Notes: generated by a model from the sequence alone, not told the origin. 64,000 nucleotides of DNA from an uncultured virus (IMG/VR IMGVR_UViG_2609459885_000003) (IMGVR_UViG_2609459885_000003:1-64000); one strand, 5' to 3'; numbered from the stretch's first letter, positions 50,369 to 60,190 are shown. Program-made: numbers and translations.

Positions 50369-50468
50369 GGTCTGGGAGTCAGATTAACAGCCTGCGTCTG
50401 TATATATATAACTAATAAGTCACTTATTAAATATACGGAAGCAGGCTCTCAAACAGATTCCCCAGACC
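50369..50468. repeat. nested inverted-repeat element, copy 2
   Basis: Outer GGTCTGGG/CCCAGACC; inner AGCCTGCGTCTGTATAT/ATATACGGAAGCAGGCT; core TAATAAGTCACTTATTA. Confidence 0.85.
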
Positions 50469-50540
50469 TAATTAATACAACCAGAAAACAAATTGTTTAA
50501 GAGCGCAAGGAAGCGCTCTGTGTGTGTTTTAGAGGGATCT

Positions 50541-51182
50541 ATGACTGTCGAAAAAGACGAGAGCAAAACTCGCCTGACTCCGGCTGAATGGGCGGAAGCC
50601 GAAGCGAAATGGACTTCGGGCGAGTATACGCTCTCAAAACTGGAAGAAGAGTACGGCATCCGTCGTGAAACGCTCTCCAGACACTTCAAAAAGCGTGGAT
50701 TAGAGAAAGGCGCTGATTCTGTTGGGAAGATGGTGCGCGAGTCTCTCAAGTCCGATGCAGAACTGCGCGCTAAAGCCCGAGCCGAAAAGATAGAAGACCG
50801 CCGGACACGCTATGACGGCTGGGCGTATGCCCTTGGTCAGATGGTAATGGTCGAGGTCACTTCAGCAAAGCGCGAAGGCAAGCCACTGGCCTCGATTGAG
50901 GACGATCTTAAAAGCCTGCAACGCGCCAGCGGCACGCTGGCTAAATGCTTCGAAATTTCCTCCAAGGCATTGGGCATGGAGAAAGAAGAAGGCGGTGAAG
51001 AGGATATTCCGAACCTTGTCTTTGGCGAGCTAACCCCATCACAGGTGGCCCAGCTGCGCAAGGAAGATGATGAGCCCGAAGTGATTGATGACGATCTGTT
51101 GGAATCACTCGAAGAAGAAGCGCTGAGCGAAGCTGAGAGCGATTTTGACGCATCGGGCGAAGACGATGATGGAGATGCATAA
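50541..51182 (+). CDS. terminase small subunit (probable)
   Basis: N-terminal HTH (TLSKLEEEYGIRRETLSRHF); immediately upstream of the large subunit. Confidence 0.7.
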   Translation: MTVEKDESKTRLTPAEWAEAEAKWTSGEYTLSKLEEEYGIRRETLSRHFKKRGLEKGADSVGKMVRESLKSDAELRAKARAEKIEDRRTRYDGWAYALGQMVMVEVTSAKREGKPLASIEDDLKSLQRASGTLAKCFEISSKALGMEKEEGGEEDIPNLVFGELTPSQVAQLRKEDDEPEVIDDDLLESLEEEALSEAESDFDASGEDDDGDA

Positions 51183-51184
51183 CC

Positions 51185-52441
51185 ATGTCCATCCCGTCCT
51201 CTCTAAGTCTCGTACAGCTGCATTCCGGGCAGATGCAAGTCTTCCAGTCGCCACATCGTTTCAAAGTGGTGTGCGCCGGACGACGTTGGGGTAAATCGAG
51301 GCTGTCGATCTCAACCATCATTCGCGCTGCCGCTAAGGAGAGAAAACAACGAGTTTGGTACGTGGCGCCGACCTACCAAATGGCGCGCCAGATTCTTTGG
51401 GATGATCTGCAGGAAGTTCTGCCGCGTAAGTGGATTCGGAAGAAGAACGACACCACGATGACCATCGTGTTGAAAAACGGTTCGGAGATCGCGCTTAAAG
51501 GCGCGGATAAACCGGATACGCTTCGTGGTGTTGCGCTGCATTTCGTTGTGCTCGACGAGTTCCAGGATATGAAGCCAGACACCTGGTACAAGGTTCTCCG
51601 TCCGACATTGTCATCCACCCGCGGCGGCGCGCTGATCATCGGTACGCCGAAAGGGTTCTCCGAATTCCATAAACTATGGACTATTGGGCAGAACAAAGAG
51701 CTGCAACGCAAAGGTCAGTGGAAAAGCTGGCAGTTTGTAACCGCTGATTCACCATTCGTTCCGACGGCAGAAATCGAGGCAGCCAAGAACGATATGGACC
51801 CTAAGTCGTTCGCTCAAGAGTACCTCGCCAGCTTCGAAAACATGTCAGGGCGCGTGTATTACCCGTTCGATCGTAGCGTTCACGTTAAGCCGCTGCAGTT
51901 CAATCCTAAATTACCGGTGTGGGTAGGCCAGGACTTCAACATTGATCCAATGTCGTCGGTCATCCTGCAGCCACAACCGAATGGGGAGCTGTGGGCTGTG
52001 GATGAGCTTGTCTTGTTTTCGTCGAATACGGCAGAAGTGTGCGATGAGCTGGAGCGTCGCTTCTGGCGGTGGAAATCGCAGGTCACAATTTTCCCAGACC
52101 CGGCCGGCGCCTATCGTCAGCACGCTCGTGGGGAATCGGACATCGACATCTTCAAGGAGAAGGGCTTTCTGCGTGTTGATTATCCGAAAAAGCACCCACC
52201 GATTGCTGATCGTGTGAACTCAGTGAACCGCATGTTGATGAGCGCCTCTGGCGAAACTCGTTTGTATATCGACCCTAAGTGCAAACATCTCATCGATTCA
52301 CTGGAGAAAGTTATCTACAAACCAGGCTCTCGCGATATGGATAAGAGCGGGGGGATTGAGCACAGCGCGGATGCCTTGGGCTACCCGGTTCATCGTAGGT
52401 ATCCCGTAAAAAATCGTGTTATTCTTGGTGGCTCAAGATAA
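51185..52441 (+). CDS. terL: terminase large subunit
   Basis: AGRRWGKS, VAPTYQMA, LRG...VVLDEF, IGTPKG, QEYLASF, GQDFN, HSADALGY. Confidence 0.95.
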   Translation: MSIPSSLSLVQLHSGQMQVFQSPHRFKVVCAGRRWGKSRLSISTIIRAAAKERKQRVWYVAPTYQMARQILWDDLQEVLPRKWIRKKNDTTMTIVLKNGSEIALKGADKPDTLRGVALHFVVLDEFQDMKPDTWYKVLRPTLSSTRGGALIIGTPKGFSEFHKLWTIGQNKELQRKGQWKSWQFVTADSPFVPTAEIEAAKNDMDPKSFAQEYLASFENMSGRVYYPFDRSVHVKPLQFNPKLPVWVGQDFNIDPMSSVILQPQPNGELWAVDELVLFSSNTAEVCDELERRFWRWKSQVTIFPDPAGAYRQHARGESDIDIFKEKGFLRVDYPKKHPPIADRVNSVNRMLMSASGETRLYIDPKCKHLIDSLEKVIYKPGSRDMDKSGGIEHSADALGYPVHRRYPVKNRVILGGSR

Positions 52442-52473
52442 GTAAGTACTTACCTATCATTGAAGGGAAGCAA

Positions 52474-54048
52474 ATGGAATTGACTGATAAGCAAATTAAG
52501 GATCTTGTGGCAAGACGCCACCCCGAATACATAAAGAAAAAAGAGCACTGGGATTTCCTCGCCAGCACATACGCTGGCGGGCGTGCCTGGTTCGATGACA
52601 ACATTTTCCGATACTTCAAAGAAGGTGATCAGGAGTTCAAGGAGCGTCTGGAACGCGCCTACCGCTTCAATCACACCAGGGAAGTGGTGAACCTGATTAA
52701 TAAATATCTCTTCAAAGAGGACATCCATCGAAATGTAGAAGAAGCGCCTGAGCCAATTCAGAAATTCTGGAAACGCGCGACACGACAGAATGTTTCCATC
52801 GATGGCTTTATGTCCGCGCTTGACCTCCAGTCCTCCATCTATGGCCGTGTCTGGGTGGTGGTCGATAGCACGATGGATAGTGACGCAGAATCCGTCGCTG
52901 ACGAGAAGAAGAAGGATGTTCGCGCCTATGCCTACTGGATTTCTCCGCAGCAGATGTTGGATATGGCGTGGGACGATGACGGCAATTTGATCTGGGCGCT
53001 GATTGTCGAAGTGGCGCGCGATGATCAAGATCCTTTTACCTCATCTGGCCAGGAATATCAGCGTTATCGTCTATGGACACGTAACGAGTGGTATCTATTC
53101 CGGGAAGAGGTTAAGAAAGGCGCCGGGAATGCCGGTCGTCGGACCGCAAAAGTTGTGCTTGAAGATAAAGGCGAACACAAACTTGGCGTTGTACCTGTGT
53201 TTCCTGTTGATTGCATAGGGGAGAGCGAATCGCCGTATTTTAGCCCGTCGCTTATTGATGATATCGCCTACCTTGACCGTGCAGTAGCCAACTATCTGTC
53301 GAACCTTGACGCCATTATTCAGGATCAGACGTTCAGCCAGCTGGCCATTCCCGTTCAGTCGCTCCTGCCAGGCGATGAGAATCACGCAAAGGTAATGGAA
53401 ATGGGGACAAAACGCGTCTTCACCTATGACTCGGAAAGTGGCAACCAGCCTTTTTATTTGTCGCCAGACCCTAAGCAAGCTCAGATGATCATCACCACTA
53501 TCCAGACCGTGATTAATGAGATCTACCACTCCGTTGGGGTCGCTGGCGAGCGAACAAAGCAGGATAACGCTAAGGGGATCGATAATTCATCCGGGGCCGC
53601 CAAGTTATATGACTTTCAGCGGGTTAATAGTCTGCTTATTACTAAAGCCGAGCGTCTTGAGCGGGCTGAACGCCAGATGATGTTTTTGGCGGCGAAGTGG
53701 ATGGGGGTCGATCTCGATGAGGAGCATTCGCTGATTGCCTATCCGGAGAGCTTTGATATCCGCGGTCTGACGGATGAATTTGCCGTTGCCGAGAAACTTG
53801 GGCTGCTGGAAGCACCGGATTCTGTGCGTCGATATCAGATGGAAATGCTCATTGAGAAAATCTTCCCGAATATTTCGGCCGCGATGCAGAAAGAATTTGA
53901 GAAAGATCTCTTGAATTTTCCGCCAAAAAATGCTCTTAACACCCTTGAAAATAAGTCAGTACTTACTTATCATCGTGATGCAGTCCAAGAGAGCGGACAA
54001 GATCTATCCCAAGGGAATGGGAACTCATCAACTCAAGCAACCGAGTGA
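52474..54048 (+). CDS. portal protein
   Basis: 524 aa directly after terL; HPEY...W...YAGG N-terminus and SGAAK motif. Confidence 0.8.
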   Translation: MELTDKQIKDLVARRHPEYIKKKEHWDFLASTYAGGRAWFDDNIFRYFKEGDQEFKERLERAYRFNHTREVVNLINKYLFKEDIHRNVEEAPEPIQKFWKRATRQNVSIDGFMSALDLQSSIYGRVWVVVDSTMDSDAESVADEKKKDVRAYAYWISPQQMLDMAWDDDGNLIWALIVEVARDDQDPFTSSGQEYQRYRLWTRNEWYLFREEVKKGAGNAGRRTAKVVLEDKGEHKLGVVPVFPVDCIGESESPYFSPSLIDDIAYLDRAVANYLSNLDAIIQDQTFSQLAIPVQSLLPGDENHAKVMEMGTKRVFTYDSESGNQPFYLSPDPKQAQMIITTIQTVINEIYHSVGVAGERTKQDNAKGIDNSSGAAKLYDFQRVNSLLITKAERLERAERQMMFLAAKWMGVDLDEEHSLIAYPESFDIRGLTDEFAVAEKLGLLEAPDSVRRYQMEMLIEKIFPNISAAMQKEFEKDLLNFPPKNALNTLENKSVLTYHRDAVQESGQDLSQGNGNSSTQATE

Positions 54049-54070
54049 TAAGTAATTAAAAGGAATTTTT

Positions 54071-54970
54071 ATGAATCTGTGGCAAATGCTAATGGCCCGT
54101 CGTGGCCTCATGGATGTCGCCGAATCACATGAACGTGGTGGCGCAGGTGCTGGAGCTCCCGCTGGTGCAGAAGAGCAGGGCACCCAGGAATCTGGTAAGC
54201 ATAACGGCGAGCAGAAAGATCAGCCGAAAATCGAAGACGATGAATTCGGAGGGATGACTCAGGAAGAGTTGCTCGCTGAATTGCGTAAATCCAAGAAAGC
54301 CGGTGCTGACCTGCTGAAAGAGAACATGAAACGCAAGGAAAAAGAGCGTGCCATGGCCGATCAGCTGGCTCAGTACGGTGATATCGATCCGGCACGAGCA
54401 CGCCAGCTTCTTGAAGCTGAGCAAGCCGCAGAAAACGCACGCCGTGAGGCGGAGCAAGCTGAACTGGAACGCCGCGGTGAATTCGATGCTGTGAAAAAGC
54501 AAATGATCGAAGCTCACCAGGCTGAGATGGCTCAACGTGATGAACGTTTTTCCGCTCTGGAGAGCGAAAACGCCGCACTTAAAGCCCAGCTGGTTGAAAT
54601 GACCGTCGGCGCTTCCTTTTCTGGCTCCAATTTCCTGCGTGAAAAAGTTCTGATGACTCCGGCTAAGGCCCGCGTTATCTACGGCTCTCATTTCGAAGTG
54701 GGTGAAGACGGTAACGTCGTTGGCTATGACAAGCCGGCAGGTCAGAAAGAGCGTGCTGTTCTGGTTGACGGCGAAGGTAAGCCGTTACCGTTCGAATCCG
54801 CGATTGAGCGTATTTTACGTGCAGATCCGGAAGCTGACGCTTTATTGCGCAGCGAAGCTAAGCAGGGTGCTGGTTCAATTAGTAAACCGACCCACAAAGT
54901 AACCCAGCCGAAGAACAAGTCGACAATGGATAAGTTGACTGCCGGTTTAGGGAAAATCGGAATCAAGTAA
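54071..54970 (+). CDS. capsid scaffolding protein
   Basis: Charged coiled-coil protein between portal and capsid with a GAGS C-terminal motif. Confidence 0.7.
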   Translation: MNLWQMLMARRGLMDVAESHERGGAGAGAPAGAEEQGTQESGKHNGEQKDQPKIEDDEFGGMTQEELLAELRKSKKAGADLLKENMKRKEKERAMADQLAQYGDIDPARARQLLEAEQAAENARREAEQAELERRGEFDAVKKQMIEAHQAEMAQRDERFSALESENAALKAQLVEMTVGASFSGSNFLREKVLMTPAKARVIYGSHFEVGEDGNVVGYDKPAGQKERAVLVDGEGKPLPFESAIERILRADPEADALLRSEAKQGAGSISKPTHKVTQPKNKSTMDKLTAGLGKIGIK

Positions 54971-54996
54971 CATCTTAAATCATAGGGAAATGAAAG

Positions 54997-55875
54997 ATGC
55001 CATTACTGCGTGAAGAAGCTGAAAAGCTGTCTAATAACGAGCTTGAACAGGGCGTGATCGAGACCATTATCGATCGTGACGACCTGTTTGCCGTCCTGCC
55101 TTTCATGAAAATCAATTCGAAGGCATATCTTTATAACCGCGAAAAAACCCTGAGCGAAGCTACTTTCATTGATGTGAACGACACCATCACCGAAGGTGCA
55201 GCAACCTTCGAAGAGAAAGTTGCGAAGCTGCGCATTCTGGCTGGCGACGTTGACGTCGACAAATTCCTGGCTACCACTATGGCTGATACCAACAACCAGC
55301 TGGCTATCCAGGTTCGTCAGAAAGTCAAAGGTCTGGCTCGTGCCTTCCGTCGCAATCTGATTGTTGGCGACTCCACCACTAACAACAAAGCCTTCGACGG
55401 TATTCCGAAGCTGATGCATGACGATCAGAAGATCGACATCTCCGGCGCATCCATGACTTTCTCTATGTTCGACGAACTGGTCGACGCAGTTAAAGATCTG
55501 GGCGCAGACTGCATCATGATGCGTTCTGAGCATCTTCGCGCATATCGTGCGCTGCTGCGAACTGTAAACGTAGGCCCGTCCGAAATCATGATGGAAAACT
55601 TCGGTCGACCAATGCTGTGCCATAACGGCGTTCCGTTTATCGTAAACGACTTCATTCCGGTTGCGGACTCCACCAAAGCGGATATCTACTGTCTGCACCT
55701 TTCTGAAGAAAACGGTGTAACTGGTCTGTACGGCGGCGAAAACGCCGGTATCGTTGTGGAAAACATTGGCACCGTTCAGAACAAAGACGCAGTACGTACT
55801 CGTGTGAAGTGGTACTGCTCTCTGGCCAATAAGCACGACAAAGCTATCGCGGCGCTGACTAACGTCAAAATTTAA
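54997..55875 (+). CDS. major capsid protein
   Basis: GVIETII, LPF, YNRE, GDVDVDKF, FDGI, RVKWY pattern; position after the scaffold gene. Confidence 0.85.
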   Translation: MPLLREEAEKLSNNELEQGVIETIIDRDDLFAVLPFMKINSKAYLYNREKTLSEATFIDVNDTITEGAATFEEKVAKLRILAGDVDVDKFLATTMADTNNQLAIQVRQKVKGLARAFRRNLIVGDSTTNNKAFDGIPKLMHDDQKIDISGASMTFSMFDELVDAVKDLGADCIMMRSEHLRAYRALLRTVNVGPSEIMMENFGRPMLCHNGVPFIVNDFIPVADSTKADIYCLHLSEENGVTGLYGGENAGIVVENIGTVQNKDAVRTRVKWYCSLANKHDKAIAALTNVKI

Positions 55876-55914
55876 TCCTAATAATAGGTAAGTACTTACC
55901 TATTATTTTTAAAT

Positions 55915-55940
55915 GGGTGGGCTATACGCCCGCCCTTTTT
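55915..55940 (+). terminator. intrinsic terminator after capsid gene
   Basis: GGGTGGGC-TATAC-GCCCGCCC-TTTTT. Confidence 0.65.
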
Positions 55941-55953
55941 ATAGGAGCGATAT

Positions 55954-56382
55954 ATGTCAGAAAAAAAAGTGAAGATCACTGAAAAGGCCTTCACCGACTT
56001 TACGGGGGTTATGTTCCGTACTTCTTTCACTAAATCGGTGTCCGATCATCCAGTAAACGAGCGCATGCAGAACCGTATCACCGCAGCTATGCGAGCGGTT
56101 CCGATGGAGCCCACTGTCGCTGTTACTGGTGTGTCGGTAAGTCCTAAGTCGGCATCGGTGGAGGTGAAAAAAACGGTTCAACTAACGGCTACCGTGGCGC
56201 CTGCTGGTGCTACCAACAAGAAAGTTACCTGGGCGTCGAAAAATGCTGAATTTGCAACGGTTGACGCGGCTACTGGTCTCGTGACCGGCGTTGCAGAAGG
56301 GACTGCAACAATTGAAGTCACGACCGCAGACGGCAGCCATAAAGCAACCGCAACTGTTCAAGTTACAGCAGCTGCAGCCTGA
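55954..56382 (+). CDS. Ig-like (Big_2) domain virion protein
   Basis: VTGVSVSP...VQLTATVAP..ATNKKVTWAS...ATVD...GTATIEVTT. Confidence 0.85.
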   Translation: MSEKKVKITEKAFTDFTGVMFRTSFTKSVSDHPVNERMQNRITAAMRAVPMEPTVAVTGVSVSPKSASVEVKKTVQLTATVAPAGATNKKVTWASKNAEFATVDAATGLVTGVAEGTATIEVTTADGSHKATATVQVTAAAA

Positions 56383-56429
56383 TTCAGCAACAAGGGGTGG
56401 CTCTGGCCACCCTGTTCAGAGGAAAACTC

Positions 56430-56864
56430 ATGAAACCAGCAAAAATTCATCTTCTGGAACCTCAGTTCCTTGGATACACGGGCATCCTGTGCGGCGTTTA
56501 CTTTAAAGACGGCATTTCCGTAGCAGAGCTGCCATTCCTCGATCAACAGCGGATCTGCGCCTCAATGCGTGCCGAAACGATTGATGGGCAAAATGTCTCT
56601 CCATCAGCTGCCTTCAGCAATCGTAACGAGCTGGTGGCCGATCAGATTGTGGAGCCTACGGCCCCTGATATTGTCCCTATGAAACGTGGCGTCGCGAATG
56701 AGGAGACAAAACATGTGCAGCGCTTCACCCGAGAAGAACTGGAGTCCATTGCTGACTGTGAAGGTATCGCCGGCCTGCGCCAGATCGGTAACACGCTTGG
56801 CGTGAAAGCGAAGGGCATTGTTGAAATGATTGAGGGCATCCTGAAAGCACAAGGCGGTGAGTGA
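56430..56864 (+). CDS. phage structural hypothetical protein
   Basis: RBS GAGGA; within the head-tail operon. Confidence 0.65.
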   Translation: MKPAKIHLLEPQFLGYTGILCGVYFKDGISVAELPFLDQQRICASMRAETIDGQNVSPSAAFSNRNELVADQIVEPTAPDIVPMKRGVANEETKHVQRFTREELESIADCEGIAGLRQIGNTLGVKAKGIVEMIEGILKAQGGE

Positions 56865-57697
56865 TGGCTCTGATCGACACGTTTCGTAGCGGAGACATCG
56901 TGTCTCTGACCTTCGCCTTTAACGTACTGGATATCGATTCCGCTTCTTACACCGTGCGAGATAGTGCAGGTACCACACTTGTGGACGAAGAGCCTCTCGA
57001 TATTGCAGAGGGCCAAATGTCTATACCGGTTGTGGTCTCAGCAGAGCATAACCAGCTGGTCGAAAAAGAGCGCGATCTGCGCTACGTCATCGTGAAGGCC
57101 ACAGCGGGTGGGCTAACCCACGAAGAGCGGCAGATGTATGTGCTGCTTAATAGCTTTGAACTATCCGTCCCGGGTCAGTCGTTTGCCACCGTAGCCGATG
57201 CTCAAATGCAGGCCATTGATATGATCAATGGAGATACATTGCTGGCTGATGGAGAGGGTTTGATGCGCAAGCGGCTAATCGAAGCGACACGGCGAATCAA
57301 AACCTTACCTTTCTCTATCCGGAGGATCATGCGCATCGATTTCGACCGGTATGACCGTCCCCAAAACATGCTGAATGTCTATGACATTCCCTGGGGGGCT
57401 GACGGTGTGTATCGGCAGGATTTGGTGGACTGGGAGCGGATCACTTCGGAGCAGTTTGCGGAGTTGCCAGACTACTTTAAAGAGGCGCTGCTTCTGGCCA
57501 CCGTTAATGAGGCATGCGAGATCGCCAATGGCAACGATATTGCGAGTGCGCGTGAAGACGGCATTTTGTCTGAATCGATCGGTGAAACAACCAATATGTA
57601 CCGTACAAGCAAAGTGGCGAATGTCCGTGTGGCTCGCAGCACCTGGCGATTGCTTATTAGTTACATCAACAATCGGATGATTGTTCGTCGTGCGTAA
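56864..57697 (+). CDS. putative head-tail adaptor
   Basis: Position; SFATVADA, LIEATRRI and GILSESIGET motifs. Confidence 0.6.
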   Translation: MALIDTFRSGDIVSLTFAFNVLDIDSASYTVRDSAGTTLVDEEPLDIAEGQMSIPVVVSAEHNQLVEKERDLRYVIVKATAGGLTHEERQMYVLLNSFELSVPGQSFATVADAQMQAIDMINGDTLLADGEGLMRKRLIEATRRIKTLPFSIRRIMRIDFDRYDRPQNMLNVYDIPWGADGVYRQDLVDWERITSEQFAELPDYFKEALLLATVNEACEIANGNDIASAREDGILSESIGETTNMYRTSKVANVRVARSTWRLLISYINNRMIVRRA

Positions 57698-57794
57698 CAC
57701 ACGTCGTGCTCTTTACTTCTGGTCGACAGGCCTAAGACGGGAAACCGCGCCTCCGCCTGGTAATGAGTGCGACGACTTCACACAAGGAGAGTGG

Positions 57795-58139
57795 ATGAAT
57801 ATTTCGTGGCAAGCCGAATTGTCGATCTACCGGTTTGGTTCCAAAAACGTCTACGGTGAAGCGCAATTGCAATTCGTCAGGAAGACGAAAGTAGGCGTCG
57901 TTAAATTTGAACAGAGCAATGAAAAATCGTCCGTCAGGGCAGATAGCTCTGGAAGTCGCGGAAAGGCGGCGCTGGAGTTGTTTGACGCAGTACTTATTGT
58001 TCCACTTGAAGCCGCTGTTCAACTCGATGACGTTCTTGTGCTGGAGGGACAGAAGCTGAAGGTCTCAAGCGTACATCGGCGATGGGGACTACGTGGCCGC
58101 CCTGGGCATCTTGAGCTGGGGGCGAATATATGGGTTTGA
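57795..58139 (+). CDS. putative head-closure protein
   Basis: RBS AAGGAG; NVYGE motif; position. Confidence 0.55.
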   Translation: MNISWQAELSIYRFGSKNVYGEAQLQFVRKTKVGVVKFEQSNEKSSVRADSSGSRGKAALELFDAVLIVPLEAAVQLDDVLVLEGQKLKVSSVHRRWGLRGRPGHLELGANIWV

Positions 58140-58603
58140 AATATGACGCACACCAGTTTAAGCGTGCCGGCGCCAGACTTAATAACAGCCAGAAAGCGTT
58201 CAAGCGATATCTAATCAGGGACATGGAAAAGCTGGCGCGTCTGGTTGAACGACTGGCACGAGCCATGGCCCCGCTTGAAACCGGATCGCTTGAGAGCGCC
58301 ATTTTTGCACGGGTTGTAAAAGAAGGATACGCGGGGCTTCGTATTGAGCTTTCCGTTTCAGGCGCAAAGCAGCGAGAAGGACATCCAGGCGTTGAGGTGG
58401 GGGACTATGCAAAATACATGGAGCTTGGTAAGTACCGTCTTGGTTATTTGTCTCGTATGAAGAATGTTACCAACCCTCCTGTCGCCGGCGTGAAGCCTAA
58501 AGTGGGCCCATATTTCCTTGAGCGAGCGACTCAGATCAGCGAAAAGCAATTTTCGCAAACGATCATGGAAGCTGCCAGAAAAGCAGGATTTACGCGAGGT
58601 TGA
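58130..58603 (+). CDS. HK97 gp10-like neck protein
   Basis: APLETGSLESAI, YAKYMELG, YFLERA. Confidence 0.7.
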   Translation: MGLKYDAHQFKRAGARLNNSQKAFKRYLIRDMEKLARLVERLARAMAPLETGSLESAIFARVVKEGYAGLRIELSVSGAKQREGHPGVEVGDYAKYMELGKYRLGYLSRMKNVTNPPVAGVKPKVGPYFLERATQISEKQFSQTIMEAARKAGFTRG

Positions 58604-58604
58604 C

Positions 58605-58997
58605 ATGTTTGTAGAAGCATTCGCAAAATTGATACAGAAAAATGGGCTTGGAAAAGTAGGGACGGACATTTTCTGTCACTATATGCCAGCAAAAGTTAAG
58701 TCTGGCATTTTGCTGATTAATCCCAATACAGGCATAGCCATCGACCCGGATTTGCAGGGTTTTTACTTCGACTCATTCACGATAGTAGTTCGCAATGCGA
58801 GTATCACAAAATCTGTTGAAATGGCCAACAAAATCATGGATATCCTTCCTGTTAGCAACGTTGAGTCTGACGGGGTATTCTTCAAAATGGTTAGGCCGAT
58901 GGCGATGCCAATAACGTATCCAATAAATGACGGATCGCTTATTGAAACAGGGATTCCACTTGAATTTGCCGGGTACTTTATTGAACTGAATAAATAA
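58605..58997 (+). CDS. putative tail terminator
   Basis: GTDIFCHYMP; located just before the major tail protein. Confidence 0.55.
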   Translation: MFVEAFAKLIQKNGLGKVGTDIFCHYMPAKVKSGILLINPNTGIAIDPDLQGFYFDSFTIVVRNASITKSVEMANKIMDILPVSNVESDGVFFKMVRPMAMPITYPINDGSLIETGIPLEFAGYFIELNK

Positions 58998-59064
58998 GTA
59001 AGTATATACTTATCATTGTGTGTCGGAATGACACTGTTTTAACGGAAAAAGGAGTTTTCCAATA

Positions 59065-59811
59065 ATGTCCAATACCCATGTTAAAAACATCAAGCTTGGC
59101 GCCTGCAAGGTGTCGTTTGGTGGCGTGGATCTGGGTTACACCAAAGGCGGTGTTCAGGTTGAAATCGCAACCGAAACGCTGAAAGTGACCGTAGACCAGC
59201 TGGGCCAGACCACGATCTCCGAGCTGATCCAAGGCCGCAACATCACCATTACTGCGCCGCTGGCTGAATCCGTGTTGAAAAACATGGTCGATCTGATGCC
59301 AGGTTCAACGCTGAGTTCTGGCGAAGATACCGTAACCATCACGTCTGCGCAGGGTGTGAACCTGATCGACGTTGCAAAAGAGTTGGTGCTGACCCCGCAG
59401 GATGCGACGGATTATGTTCTGACCATCCCTAAAGCAGCAACCGCGGGTAACTTCACCATGACCTACCAGTCTGACGACGTTCGCGTGTTCTCAGTTGAGT
59501 TTTCCGCTTACCCGGACGACGCTGGCGTGTTGGGGAAAATGAGCCTCCCAAAGCCGGTTGAGAGCGTCACGCTGACCCCGTCTTCACCGACCGTAAAAGT
59601 GGGCGCTAAAGTTCAATTGAGCGCAACCTTTACCCCGGCCGATGCAACCAATAAGACTGGCGTGTGGAGCTCTGATGCGACTGATAAAGCGACCGTAGAT
59701 CAGAACGGACTGGTAACTGGTAAAGCTGTCGGTTCAGCCAATATCACCTTCACAACTAATGACGGCGCCAAGAAGGCGACCAAAGCCGTCTCTGTAACTG
59801 CCGCAAGCTAA
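59065..59811 (+). CDS. major tail (tube) protein with C-terminal Ig-like domain
   Basis: IKLGAC...DLGYTKGGV N-terminus; Big_2-like C-terminus. Confidence 0.85.
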   Translation: MSNTHVKNIKLGACKVSFGGVDLGYTKGGVQVEIATETLKVTVDQLGQTTISELIQGRNITITAPLAESVLKNMVDLMPGSTLSSGEDTVTITSAQGVNLIDVAKELVLTPQDATDYVLTIPKAATAGNFTMTYQSDDVRVFSVEFSAYPDDAGVLGKMSLPKPVESVTLTPSSPTVKVGAKVQLSATFTPADATNKTGVWSSDATDKATVDQNGLVTGKAVGSANITFTTNDGAKKATKAVSVTAAS

Positions 59812-59872
59812 ATTGTGATAACCAAAGAGGCCCATGGATGGGCCTCTGTATGAGTTTAAAAGGATTTAAACC

Positions 59873-60190
59873 ATGACCAAATTACTCGATCTCGACTCCA
59901 TTCTGCCGCCGAAAAAAAGCATCAAATTTGGTGGCAAAGAATATCCCATCGTTGAAATGACCGTCGGCCTCTTTGTTTCTATCAAGCAGATGGAAGACAA
60001 AGACCTCATGAATATGTCTCCCGTCGACCAGGTAACTGCCTACGCAGAACTGGTACGCAAAGTCATTCCGTCAGTACCTGACTCCGTTCTGGAGAAACTG
60101 ACTGTCCAGCAACTCCAGCAGATCTTCACTTTCGCCATGGAAGTGATTGATGAAGAGAACGAAAAAGCGGCTGGCGAAGGGGCAAAGTAA
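59873..60190 (+). CDS. tail assembly chaperone (gpG-like)
   Basis: Between the tail tube and tape-measure genes; ends GGG GCA AAG TAA. Confidence 0.75.
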   Translation: MTKLLDLDSILPPKKSIKFGGKEYPIVEMTVGLFVSIKQMEDKDLMNMSPVDQVTAYAELVRKVIPSVPDSVLEKLTVQQLQQIFTFAMEVIDEENEKAAGEGAK

